A stretch of 64,000 nucleotides of DNA, taken from Calditrichaceae bacterium. Lineage in GTDB: Bacteria; Calditrichota; Calditrichia; Calditrichales; JBFXGD01. Shown here in pieces: positions 18,645 to 27,978 of the stretch. The position numbers and the translations under genes are program-made. Location of the stretch: the NCBI GenBank assembly GCA_050178385.1, contig JBFXGD010000001.1, forward strand, positions 5,802 to 69,801, read 5' to 3'. Numbering within the stretch: position 1 is the stretch's first letter; each line of letters starts with the position of its first letter. Below the pieces are notes generated by a model. The model was not told the origin of the DNA and did no database searches. It saw only the letters and a program-made list of their open reading frames with translations.

Positions 18645-20156
18645 ATGAAAGCTATCATATTGGCGGCCGGAACAGGAAGCCGGCTGCGACCCCTGACTGA
18701 AAAACTACCAAAATCCATGGTGCGTGTCAACGGGAAACAGATTCTCGCGCACCAGATAGATGCATATCTGAATGCGGGCCTGAAGAAGGAATCAATTTAT
18801 ATCGCGGTTGGCTATAAATCAGAATTTATTGTCGATTTTATCAGTCAGAATTACAAAGGAGTAAATGTGGTTGTCAATCAGGAATATAGCACAACCAATA
18901 ATATGTACTCATTGTATCTTTCCCTGGAAGAGATCGGATTTGACAATAAAAATGGTTTATTTATCAGCAATGGTGACTGTGTCTATTCCGTGCCGGTAAT
19001 AAAGAAATTAATGGATGATCCACGGCCAAATCTTATCGCGGCGGAAAAAGGCGTTCATAATGAAGAATCTATGAAAATCACTCTGCAAAACGGAAAAATA
19101 AATGATATATCAAAGCAGATAACAGACCAGGTGGCTTACGGGGTCTCGATTGATCTTTATAAATTGGGTTCGCAGGCGGTCCGAAACCTGACCAAAATTA
19201 TCGAAGATTATATTTTTAATCAAAAACAGCGAAATTTATGGACGGAAGTCGCTTTAAAAAATTTGTTAGGCAAAGAAGACTTCGAACCGATGGATATCAG
19301 GGGAGAGAAATGGGTTGAGATTGACAACATGGACGATTTGACACTCGCAGACCGGCTGTTTAGTGATTTCAACCTAAAAAGCAAGAGATGTTTTATTTTC
19401 GATCTGGACGGGACGGTGTATCTTGGAACTGAACCGATCACAGGAACGATTAATTTTATTCGTGATCATATGAGAGACGGAAAAGATATTTATTTCATGA
19501 CAAATAACACATCCAAATTACCGGCGGATTATGTGAAAAGACTGAAGAACTTCGATCTGGAGATTGAGCAGAATATGGTCATTTCTCCAGTCTTCCCGCT
19601 TATAGAACATCTTAAAAATAACGAGTTGAAAAATATCTTTCTTGTTGCTAATTCCGGTTTTTCCAGCTATTTAAAGGCAGCGATCCCGGGGATAAAACTA
19701 ACTGATGAGTCATCTGATTGTCAGGCGATTGTTCTGGCGTATGACACAGAGCTGACCTATGAAAAACTAAGGGCCGCGTCTATTTTGCTGCAAAACAATA
19801 AAAACCTGATTTATCTTGCGACCCATAGTGACATGGTCTGCCCGACAGAGAGCGGCAACATTCCTGATATCGGCACGATGATTACAACAATAGAATTGAC
19901 AACAGGGAAAAAACCCGATCTGATCTTTGGAAAACCGAATCCTGAACTGCTTCAGCATCTCGGCGCGAAGTATAAATCGGATGAGATGGTGCTGGTGGGA
20001 GACAGGTTGTACACCGATAAAAAGCTGGCTGATAACATTGGTTGTGATTTCGTTTGTGTATTAAGCGGCGAGACCCGGAGAGAAGATGTGGAGGATCTCA
20101 GAGATGAAAAATTTCCCGCGCTAATCGTAAAGCATCTTGGTGAAATAATCGATTAA
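18645..20156 (+). CDS. fusion: LicC-type phospho-alcohol cytidylyltransferase (N) + HAD-IIA/NagD-like phosphatase domain (C)
   Basis: N-half: MKAIILAAGTGSRLRPLTEKLPK, NNMYSLYL and WVEIDNMDDL resemble LicC as I remember it. C-half: HAD motifs FIFDLDGTVYLG, MTNNTS, GKPNP and VGDRLYTD. ATG 18645 lies behind GGAGGAG (18635-18641). The track start at 18594 is less likely. Confidence 0.7.
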   Translation: MKAIILAAGTGSRLRPLTEKLPKSMVRVNGKQILAHQIDAYLNAGLKKESIYIAVGYKSEFIVDFISQNYKGVNVVVNQEYSTTNNMYSLYLSLEEIGFDNKNGLFISNGDCVYSVPVIKKLMDDPRPNLIAAEKGVHNEESMKITLQNGKINDISKQITDQVAYGVSIDLYKLGSQAVRNLTKIIEDYIFNQKQRNLWTEVALKNLLGKEDFEPMDIRGEKWVEIDNMDDLTLADRLFSDFNLKSKRCFIFDLDGTVYLGTEPITGTINFIRDHMRDGKDIYFMTNNTSKLPADYVKRLKNFDLEIEQNMVISPVFPLIEHLKNNELKNIFLVANSGFSSYLKAAIPGIKLTDESSDCQAIVLAYDTELTYEKLRAASILLQNNKNLIYLATHSDMVCPTESGNIPDIGTMITTIELTTGKKPDLIFGKPNPELLQHLGAKYKSDEMVLVGDRLYTDKKLADNIGCDFVCVLSGETRREDVEDLRDEKFPALIVKHLGEIID

Positions 20157-20187
20157 TTTTCTGTTACTATGATTTCGGAAAAGCTGG

Positions 20188-21468
20188 ATGACAACCATTG
20201 TGAGTCTCATTAAACAAATATATTTCTTTGGCAAAAAAATAACAGTTTATCTGTTGTTGCTTTTTCCTTACTGGTTTGGGTTTTTTGTCCCCAGAAATAA
20301 AAATCTTTGGGTGTTCGGGGCTTGGTTCGGGGAAAGATATTCGGATAACAGCCGCTATGTTTTTGAATATGTAAATAAAAATGAACCTTCGATAAAAGCG
20401 GTTTGGCTGACCAGAAAAAAAGAAATAATCGATGAAGTGCGCAATCAGTCAAGCTCAGCTGAGATGATACGATCCTGGAAGGGATACTGGATGTCATGCC
20501 GGGCAGGCGCGGTAATCGTTACCTGCGATTTAAGGGATGTGAATAGAATCGGTTTATCAAGGGCAAAAATCATTCAGCTCTGGCACGGAACTCCCTTAAA
20601 AAAAATCGGGTTTGACGATAAAATAACCACGAATCCTGACCGGCCGGTCTTTTACACATTACTTAAAAAAATCTGGTATATTCTTTTTCCATTTATGGAA
20701 GACAGATGGGATATGCTTATTTCTCCGAGTGAATTTGTGAGTCAGCGATTATCGTCCGCGTTTAATTTGGATTTATCCAAAATTCCGGTCACCGGATATC
20801 CCCGCGGAGATGTAATTCTTAACCATACGTCCGATCCCCATGTTGAGATCTTCAGAAGTGTAAGGTTTGAGTACAATGTCAAAAACATAATATTCTTTTT
20901 ACCAACCCTTAGGGAAAGGACAACAGGTAAAATAGATCTGTTTCATGATTTAGATTTTGATGCTTTTAATAAGTTTTTAATTGAAAATGATGCCTGGTTT
21001 TTTGTGAAAATGCATTTCTACCATCTCAAAGCTAATAAACCCGGCCTCATGGAAAGAGATCATTCCAGAATCTGGTTTCTTACTGAGCGTGAACTGCCTG
21101 ATATTAATTACGCGCTTCCTGATACGGATATATTGATTACAGATTATTCAAGCGTATTCTTTGATTTTGTGCTTCTCAACCGGCCTGTAATCTTTACTCC
21201 GTTTGATATAAATGATTATCTGGCGAAGGACAGGGAATTTTATGACGATTATGATCGGTTAATCCCGGGGCCTCAGTGCAGAAACTGGGATGAAGTCATG
21301 GAAAAATTATCAGACTTAATAAAGGGAAAAGATAATTATATAGAAAAAAGACTTCATGCGCAGAAACTGTTTAATACTTTTATTGATACGGATAATTCAA
21401 GAAGAGTTGTAAGAGAGATTAATTACATTTTAGGCAAAAACCGGGTTTCAAGGGAACAGCATGATTGA
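20188..21468 (+). CDS. CDP-glycerol/alcohol-phosphate glycerophosphotransferase family protein (TagB/TagF-like)
   Basis: WVFGAWFGERYSDNSRYVFEY, LWHGTPLKKIG and ITDYSSVFFDF are the Glyphos_transf family blocks. Confidence 0.8.
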   Translation: MTTIVSLIKQIYFFGKKITVYLLLLFPYWFGFFVPRNKNLWVFGAWFGERYSDNSRYVFEYVNKNEPSIKAVWLTRKKEIIDEVRNQSSSAEMIRSWKGYWMSCRAGAVIVTCDLRDVNRIGLSRAKIIQLWHGTPLKKIGFDDKITTNPDRPVFYTLLKKIWYILFPFMEDRWDMLISPSEFVSQRLSSAFNLDLSKIPVTGYPRGDVILNHTSDPHVEIFRSVRFEYNVKNIIFFLPTLRERTTGKIDLFHDLDFDAFNKFLIENDAWFFVKMHFYHLKANKPGLMERDHSRIWFLTERELPDINYALPDTDILITDYSSVFFDFVLLNRPVIFTPFDINDYLAKDREFYDDYDRLIPGPQCRNWDEVMEKLSDLIKGKDNYIEKRLHAQKLFNTFIDTDNSRRVVREINYILGKNRVSREQHD

Positions 21469-21565
21469 GTTCTCCTGGCTTTCAAAAATATTGTTTATTA
21501 TTAGTTTTTATTGTGTTCAAAGCGAAAATATCTTTAAATAAAAATGATATTTGGAATTATAAAAG

Positions 21566-22897
21566 ATGACCAAATTTACAAAAATTAGTCTTGGTTTTAT
21601 CATTTTCGCACTACCGCTTCAAATAATTTCCATCTATGTCGGATTCAGTATAATCCTTGTTCGTGTTCTTTTTCTGTCCAGTTTCTTTGTCGCTGTTTTT
21701 CTGATGCTCATAAGAGGGGAGTTGAACATTCCCAAAACTTACATTGATTTAAATATTTTACTTCTTATAATCGCAAATTTTATTATCACATTGTTCGCGA
21801 TAGACGTTCTGCTCAGTCTTAAAGATGCTCTATTGCAGATGTATATAATATTCTTTTTTTACTATATCTACTGGTTGATGAATACAGAAAAATCACTGGA
21901 ATTCGCGGTAAACGCCTATATTTATACTGCAATCATTCTATCTCTGTACGGTGCATTCCAGCAGATTGGTTTTCTATTGGGGTGGGACACAAGAATTCCT
22001 TTCCTGGATTATTTTTCGTACAATGAAGCTCTCAAAGATCCCGCCTCGAAAGATTGGGCTATGGAAGAAATAAGTAGTTTTTTCATTCGTATAAGGGGAA
22101 CATTTTTTGATACAAATACTTTTGCGGGTTATATAGTTAGCGCATTCGGCTTGGCAATCACAAAACTTATCTACTCATATAAGGAAAGAAAAGCTGGAAG
22201 TAAGTTCAAATATTGGTTAATAATTTTCATCTTCTTAATAACGATTCTTTTGACTATGTCGCGTTCAGCCTTGGTGGGTCTCTTCCTATTGTTTATGGTG
22301 ATTCTTTTTTATTATCATAAAGAATTGTTTGGCAGGTTTTTATGGTTGAGGATAATTGTGCCTTTCGTTGTTGTTGCAATATTTGGCATCCTGCTCATAC
22401 CTGATCTTTTAGATCTGATCATTGGGGTTGTTACATCGTTTAGCATGGACAATAAAAACCCTCTTCGGACGAAATCGACAATGCTTCACCTGAAAATAGC
22501 CTTACAGGGAATTGAAATGTTCATTGAGAATCCGATTACCGGTGTCGGCTTAAATAATTTTCGTATAAGCTATGCACACAGTAATCACCTTTGGTACACA
22601 GGATTCACAAATAAAAACATGATGGCTCATAGCGTGTTTTTGTCCTTCTTTTCAGAAGGTGGAATTATAGGTGCAATAGCCAATTATTCAATTATCGGTA
22701 CAATAATATTAAAATCACATAGCCGGATTAAATCGATTTTATCTTCATATAAGAAATCTCAAATGGTAGGCATTTTTGCAGCTTATATTGGTATTCTGGG
22801 ATCGAATATATTTTATCAATATTATTTAAATGAGTTCGTTTGGTTCTTGATTGCGGCAAATGTGGCGGCATTCTATGTATTAAAACCCGATGATTAA
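21566..22897 (+). CDS. O-antigen polymerase/ligase family membrane protein (Wzy-like)
   Basis: 443 aa and very hydrophobic, with at least 10 predicted TM segments. It has the Wzy_C-like block LLTMSRSALVGLFLLF and a large loop before the last TMs. This is the most AT-rich gene in the locus. Confidence 0.6.
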   Translation: MTKFTKISLGFIIFALPLQIISIYVGFSIILVRVLFLSSFFVAVFLMLIRGELNIPKTYIDLNILLLIIANFIITLFAIDVLLSLKDALLQMYIIFFFYYIYWLMNTEKSLEFAVNAYIYTAIILSLYGAFQQIGFLLGWDTRIPFLDYFSYNEALKDPASKDWAMEEISSFFIRIRGTFFDTNTFAGYIVSAFGLAITKLIYSYKERKAGSKFKYWLIIFIFLITILLTMSRSALVGLFLLFMVILFYYHKELFGRFLWLRIIVPFVVVAIFGILLIPDLLDLIIGVVTSFSMDNKNPLRTKSTMLHLKIALQGIEMFIENPITGVGLNNFRISYAHSNHLWYTGFTNKNMMAHSVFLSFFSEGGIIGAIANYSIIGTIILKSHSRIKSILSSYKKSQMVGIFAAYIGILGSNIFYQYYLNEFVWFLIAANVAAFYVLKPDD

Positions 22898-23065
22898 ATT
22901 CATCATAATAATGTATGCTTTAATGTTTTGGAACAGAATAATATTATATCATTCCGATCGTGTGTAAGGCTGATGATGTATAGATTGGCAATAAATGGGA
23001 ATTGAAAATTATGATAATCATTTTTGAGTTACGATCAACAAAAGAAAATATATCAGTTTTCCATA

Positions 23066-24016
23066 ATGAAAAAAAAGATGAGAGATATTAAAGTTAAAAA
23101 GGCTCCAAAAGTCGCCATTGTTATTTTAAATTACATGCGCGCAAATGATACTATCGAATGTATGGAATCGATTCTTAATATTGATTATAAGAACTATGAG
23201 ATTATACTGGTGGATAATCATTCCCGGGATGATTCGGTCGCAAAATTAAAAATGCGTTTTCCGGAATCAGATATTTTTTCAACGGGTGAAAATCTTGGGT
23301 ACACCGGTGGTATAAACTTCGGAGTCAGGAAGGCGCAATCTTTAAAGCCCGAATACATTCTGCTGCTCAATAATGACACCATTGTAGAAAAGACATTCCT
23401 GACAGAACTGGTTCATTCGATGGAGACTTTTCCCGAAGCCGCCGCCATGGGCGGACTGATTCTTGCAGAGCATGACAGACGGACCGTGTGGTATGCGGGT
23501 GGCACGATGATTCCGTGGAGAGGACTAGCGGTTCATAATCACAAAGGGAAAAATATCGAAGATCTTCAATTAAAATCAATCCGGCCGGTCAGCTTTATCA
23601 CAGGATGTATGATCATGTTCAGAGCGGAAAAACTGGATGAAGTTGGCCTTCAGGATGAACGTTTCTTCATGTATCTTGACGATATAGAATACTCAGCAAG
23701 GATGAAAAATAAAGGATTACAGCTTCTTTTCAATCCAAAAGCAATAATTTATCACAAAGTTTTGAACGAGACCGAGAATCCGTTCAAATTGTATTATTCA
23801 GTAAGAAACCGGCTTTTATTGATATCTGTCTCGTGGAAAGGGCTGACACGCTGGAGCGCGGTAATATACTTTCTGACGGTCATATTAGCAAAACTCATAT
23901 GGTGGCGCTTTACAAACAGAAGTTTTTACTCGGCGGGACGTAAAGGGCTGGCCGATTATTTTAATAAAAATTTTTACAAAGGCAACGGCTTCAATTTTCT
24001 GGCATCGGATTTTTAG
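23066..24016 (+). CDS. glycosyltransferase family 2 (COG1216 rhamnosyltransferase-like)
   Basis: VAIVILNYMRANDT, LVDNHSRDDS, LLLNNDTIV and FFMYLDDIEYSARM. ATG 23066 is preferred over the track's TTG 23024. Confidence 0.8.
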   Translation: MKKKMRDIKVKKAPKVAIVILNYMRANDTIECMESILNIDYKNYEIILVDNHSRDDSVAKLKMRFPESDIFSTGENLGYTGGINFGVRKAQSLKPEYILLLNNDTIVEKTFLTELVHSMETFPEAAAMGGLILAEHDRRTVWYAGGTMIPWRGLAVHNHKGKNIEDLQLKSIRPVSFITGCMIMFRAEKLDEVGLQDERFFMYLDDIEYSARMKNKGLQLLFNPKAIIYHKVLNETENPFKLYYSVRNRLLLISVSWKGLTRWSAVIYFLTVILAKLIWWRFTNRSFYSAGRKGLADYFNKNFYKGNGFNFLASDF

Positions 24017-24019
24017 AAT

Positions 24020-24952
24020 ATGACAAAGATGAAACTCACAGATAAAGAAATCGGATCTGTCGCGGCAATTATCCTTAACTATAACGGGTATGAGGATACG
24101 GAAGCCTGCATAAATTCAATCCAGAAGATTTACGGTGATCGGCTGGCAATATATTTGATTGATAACGCGTCAACGGATGGGAGCGGTTTAAAGCTCAAAA
24201 AGAAATTTAGCGCAGTCTCATTTTATGAGCTCGAAGAGAATCGCGGCTATGCCGCCGGGAATAATCTTGGTATTCAAAAAGCGCTATCTGACGGATTTAA
24301 AAATTTTCTTGTACTAAATAATGATATTATTCTTACAGAGGATGTACTGACTCCGTTTCTCGATGAATTTCACTCCGATCCGCAGACAGGAATTGTCACT
24401 TGTAAGGTGTTTTTTACCGGGCCCGAAAAAATAATATACTCAGCCGGCGGCCGCTTTAATAGGTGGATATGCACCGGGGAGAATTTAAAAATTGGTAAAG
24501 CGGATGACGGAATATCTGAAAGGAAAATCATTGATTTTTTTCCGGGAGCTATTTTTCTCATTAAAAAGGAAGTTGTGGATAATGTCGGATTTATGAAAGA
24601 ACACTTTTTCATGTATTATGAAGATCTGGAATATTCTTTTCGTGTGAACCAAATGTACAAAATGGTTTATTTTTCAGATGTAAGTGTTCTCCATGGTTGC
24701 GGCGGTGGAAAAAAAGGCATGGCTTACTCTGCTCTTTATCTATATTATCACACACGTAACCGATTATGGTTATTCAGAGAACGGTCTTTTTTCTATTTCA
24801 TTTATGTTGTATTATTTACGTTTGCGAATTGCATCTGGAAAACCACGGTTGTTTTCAGGGCAGAAAGCGCTAAAAAAGACCGGATGCATAAATTAAAAAA
24901 ACTCTGGAGCGGTTATTTCCATGGGTTATTTGCTCCAACGGTAAAAAAATGA
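24020..24952 (+). CDS. glycosyltransferase family 2 (COG1216-like), paralog of the previous gene
   Basis: AAIILNYNGYEDT, LIDNASTDGS, LVLNNDIIL and FFMYYEDLEYSFRV. Confidence 0.8.
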   Translation: MTKMKLTDKEIGSVAAIILNYNGYEDTEACINSIQKIYGDRLAIYLIDNASTDGSGLKLKKKFSAVSFYELEENRGYAAGNNLGIQKALSDGFKNFLVLNNDIILTEDVLTPFLDEFHSDPQTGIVTCKVFFTGPEKIIYSAGGRFNRWICTGENLKIGKADDGISERKIIDFFPGAIFLIKKEVVDNVGFMKEHFFMYYEDLEYSFRVNQMYKMVYFSDVSVLHGCGGGKKGMAYSALYLYYHTRNRLWLFRERSFFYFIYVVLFTFANCIWKTTVVFRAESAKKDRMHKLKKLWSGYFHGLFAPTVKK

Positions 24953-26169
24953 AAAACGATCAAATAAAAAAACAGCCAGGAATTCGGAAACACCATACAC
25001 CAATGAAAATATTGTTTTTAACATCACGTCTGCCATTTCCTCCAATCGGGGGCGATAAATTGCGGACTTTTAATTTCCTAAGGTATCTAAAGCAAAAATA
25101 TGAAGTAACTCTTATTTCCTTTATAGAAAATGAGACGGAATTGCAAAATATTTCTGAATATCGTAAATACTACGATAAGCTGATCAGTGTCACATTACCA
25201 AAAGTAAATTCGTATAAAAATTCATTTATCGGGTTATTTTCATCAAAACCTCTGCAGGTGCATTATTACAATTCGGATAAAATGCGGAAAGTAATGGAAA
25301 ATGAGCTTAAAAATGGCTATGATGCCGTTTTTTGTCATCTGATCCGTATGGCTCAGTATCTCCCGGAAAGCAAAAACATCAGGAAAGTGGTGGATTTTAC
25401 AGATGCCATTTCATTGAATTATGAGCGGAGTAAACAATTCCGGAAAGGATTGTTCTCCATTATTAATTATGTGGAAGCAAAGCGCGTTTACCATTACGAA
25501 CAATCAGTGATAAAAAAATCGTACAGATCAATATTTATATCAGACATAGATGCGGATTTCCTCAGAAATGATCAAAATACAGACAAGATAAATATTGTAG
25601 CAAACGGGGTTGATCTGGATATGTTTCAGTTCTACGCAGGCGCTTACAAGCCTAATCAGATTTGTTTTGTCGGTAATATGAGAACATTTCCCAATACGGA
25701 CGCGGTAAACTATTTTGTAAAAGAAGTGTTTCCAATACTAAAAAGGGTAAATAAAGAGCTGAAATTTTATATCGTCGGCAATGAGCCTCCGGCTGAAATA
25801 AGGAATTTGCATAATGCTAAAGATATTATTGTCACAGGATTTGTGGAATCAGTAATTCCCCATATCACCAATTCCGCGGTTTTAGTCGCGCCGATGAGAG
25901 TAGGCGCGGGAATACAGAACAAGATATTGGAAGCAATGGCCCTGGGCACGCCGGTGGTGACAACCACAATCGGGGCGGAAGGGCTGAATAATGATATGGC
26001 GCTTATCGGGGACACTCCCGAAGAGCTGTCGGATAAGATATTATCCATCTTAAATGACAGAGAGTTACGGAGGGATAAAGCCCGGGCAGCAAGGGAATAT
26101 ATTGAGAAAAATTTCAGATGGGAAAAAGTATTTAAAGATCTTGAAGAAAATTTTGTTTATTCTGATTGA
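24949..26169 (+). CDS. glycosyltransferase family 4 (GT-B, Glycos_transf_1)
   Basis: MKILFLTSRLPFPPIGGDKLR N-terminal block and the C-terminal GT-B EX7E region (APMRVGAGIQNKILEAMALGTPVV). An ATGA overlap links it to the upstream GT2. ATG 25003 is an alternative start. Confidence 0.8.
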   Translation: MKNDQIKKQPGIRKHHTPMKILFLTSRLPFPPIGGDKLRTFNFLRYLKQKYEVTLISFIENETELQNISEYRKYYDKLISVTLPKVNSYKNSFIGLFSSKPLQVHYYNSDKMRKVMENELKNGYDAVFCHLIRMAQYLPESKNIRKVVDFTDAISLNYERSKQFRKGLFSIINYVEAKRVYHYEQSVIKKSYRSIFISDIDADFLRNDQNTDKINIVANGVDLDMFQFYAGAYKPNQICFVGNMRTFPNTDAVNYFVKEVFPILKRVNKELKFYIVGNEPPAEIRNLHNAKDIIVTGFVESVIPHITNSAVLVAPMRVGAGIQNKILEAMALGTPVVTTTIGAEGLNNDMALIGDTPEELSDKILSILNDRELRRDKARAAREYIEKNFRWEKVFKDLEENFVYSD

Positions 26170-26215
26170 AACCGAAATTAAAAATAGTAAACATTAATGG
26201 AATAATTGCTGGAGA

Positions 26216-27910
26216 ATGGATTTGAAAAAACTATTTATTGTGCTGGTTCTGCTGATAAATCTCTCGGTTTATGCCGGTAATCCGGTAAGCGTGCCCATTA
26301 ATCATCCAATTTATGATTTTTTTGATCGTATGGAAACGATGGGGTATCTAAATCGCCTTTTGGACGGAATTCGGCCATACAGCCGTGGCCGGGCGGCGGA
26401 TATACTGCTGCAGCTTAATGAGAAACGCGACGAATTAACTTCAATCGATAGACGAAGACTGGATGATTATTTACTGGATTTCAGATTTGAAATAGATCGT
26501 TCTCAAAAATATTCGGAAGCGCCTGATGGCAAAAACTGGTATTCGGTGTTTTCCGGATGGGGAACTTTCAAGAAAGACTTTAACCGGTTCTTTAAACAGA
26601 ATCACCCCGAGGAAGAAAATCACGTATTTCTGTGGGAATCGGGAGGAAGTAACTTCTATTTTGATTATCAGCAAAATTTTACATATGAACAGAGATCGGA
26701 TGATGTGACGAGGGATGCCAATTGGCAGACCTACCAGGTGCGGGGGTTGATTGATGATAATTTCGGGTATGCCGTGGAGGTTAGTCTTTATGCCTTGCGC
26801 GGTGACGAGTCCTATGTCGGGGAACATCCAATACTCAAAGGCGCGTGGAGCAAGCTTCATGAAAATGAAACCAGATATGCGGACAGAACCGGCGGGGAAC
26901 TGGCCTGGCATAACAGGTATTTTGATTTTACCTTTGCTCAGCAGGAAATTGAATGGGGGCCGGGTGAATCAGGTAAATTAACACTTTCCAATAACCCGGA
27001 GCACTATCCCTACGTGAGTATTTCGAAGGATTGGGGATGGGGGAAGTTTATCGCTTTGCACGGGAAATTACAATCGTTTCCCGAGGACACAAGTACTAGC
27101 GGGGAACCGCTGTATCCGGATAAGTGGCTGGCCGCTCATCGTCTTGAGTTTGCTCCCTGGAAAAGTTTGACTATTGGTATCAATGAAAATTTTATTTACG
27201 GCTACCGATACGCGGACTGGTCCTATCTGGTGCCTTTTAACTTTTACAGAGCAACACAGCATAATTTGCGCGACCGCGATAATGCCACAATTTCCATTGA
27301 TTTCGAATGGGTTGCGCGCTCGGGAAGCAAACTCTACGGTACGTTATTTCTGGATGAGTTCAAACGAAGTAAATTATTCACGGACTGGTATGGAAATAAG
27401 CACGCCTTTTTAATCGGTTTGCATCAGACTGATCCGTTCGGGATCGAAAACTTATCTGTGCGGTTGGAATACACGGCCATTATGCCATGGGTATATACGC
27501 ATAAGTATCCCATTAACAGTTACACAACTGATTATCAATCTCTTGGTCACTGGGCCGGTCCTAATTCTGAAGTGTATTATGCCCATGTGTCCAAAGACTG
27601 GCACCAGCGTTTAACAACCGGATTTATATTTCAGCAGTATAAACATGGCGATAATTATGAGAATGAAAATATCGGCGGTGATATTCTGCTGGGGCACAAT
27701 GATTTGTTGGGTGAACAGGAAAGCGCGAGGGAAACCCGGGATTTTCTTGAAGGTAATTTGACCACAGAACAAAAGTATGAAGCATATCTAAAATATGAAG
27801 TTTTTAATGATCTGTTTTTAACATTCGTCTATGATCATTTTGATATAGAAAGCGGCGGAACCAAAACCAAATTAGATGAATTTCATTTTGGGTTTGAATT
27901 ACGATATTAG
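26216..27910 (+). CDS. outer-membrane beta-barrel protein, probably capsule-assembly Wzi family
   Basis: Signal peptide, then an N-terminal helical block (HPIYDFFDRMETMGYLNRLL..IRPYSRGRAADILL) as I remember for Wzi-family proteins. Aromatic-rich alternating beta-strand pattern, and a C-terminus FGFELRY ending in an aromatic residue. At 564 aa it is longer than classical Wzi. Confidence 0.5.
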   Translation: MDLKKLFIVLVLLINLSVYAGNPVSVPINHPIYDFFDRMETMGYLNRLLDGIRPYSRGRAADILLQLNEKRDELTSIDRRRLDDYLLDFRFEIDRSQKYSEAPDGKNWYSVFSGWGTFKKDFNRFFKQNHPEEENHVFLWESGGSNFYFDYQQNFTYEQRSDDVTRDANWQTYQVRGLIDDNFGYAVEVSLYALRGDESYVGEHPILKGAWSKLHENETRYADRTGGELAWHNRYFDFTFAQQEIEWGPGESGKLTLSNNPEHYPYVSISKDWGWGKFIALHGKLQSFPEDTSTSGEPLYPDKWLAAHRLEFAPWKSLTIGINENFIYGYRYADWSYLVPFNFYRATQHNLRDRDNATISIDFEWVARSGSKLYGTLFLDEFKRSKLFTDWYGNKHAFLIGLHQTDPFGIENLSVRLEYTAIMPWVYTHKYPINSYTTDYQSLGHWAGPNSEVYYAHVSKDWHQRLTTGFIFQQYKHGDNYENENIGGDILLGHNDLLGEQESARETRDFLEGNLTTEQKYEAYLKYEVFNDLFLTFVYDHFDIESGGTKTKLDEFHFGFELRY

Positions 27911-27978
27911 GCAATAATGTTTCATCGATTATCAAAAAAGCGTAATTTCATGTGTACCGGGATAATATGTAAGAATAT

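Noticed and set aside
23069-23076. A8 homopolymer right after the GT2 start codon as a phase-variation switch. Other A8 tracts lie in the locus genes near 16083, 17897 and 20597.
   Set aside because: Eight A's encoding Lys-Lys-Lys is common in an AT-rich genome and at the low end for slippage. An in-frame ATG at 23078 would rescue translation anyway. There is no evidence of length heterogeneity from a single sequence.
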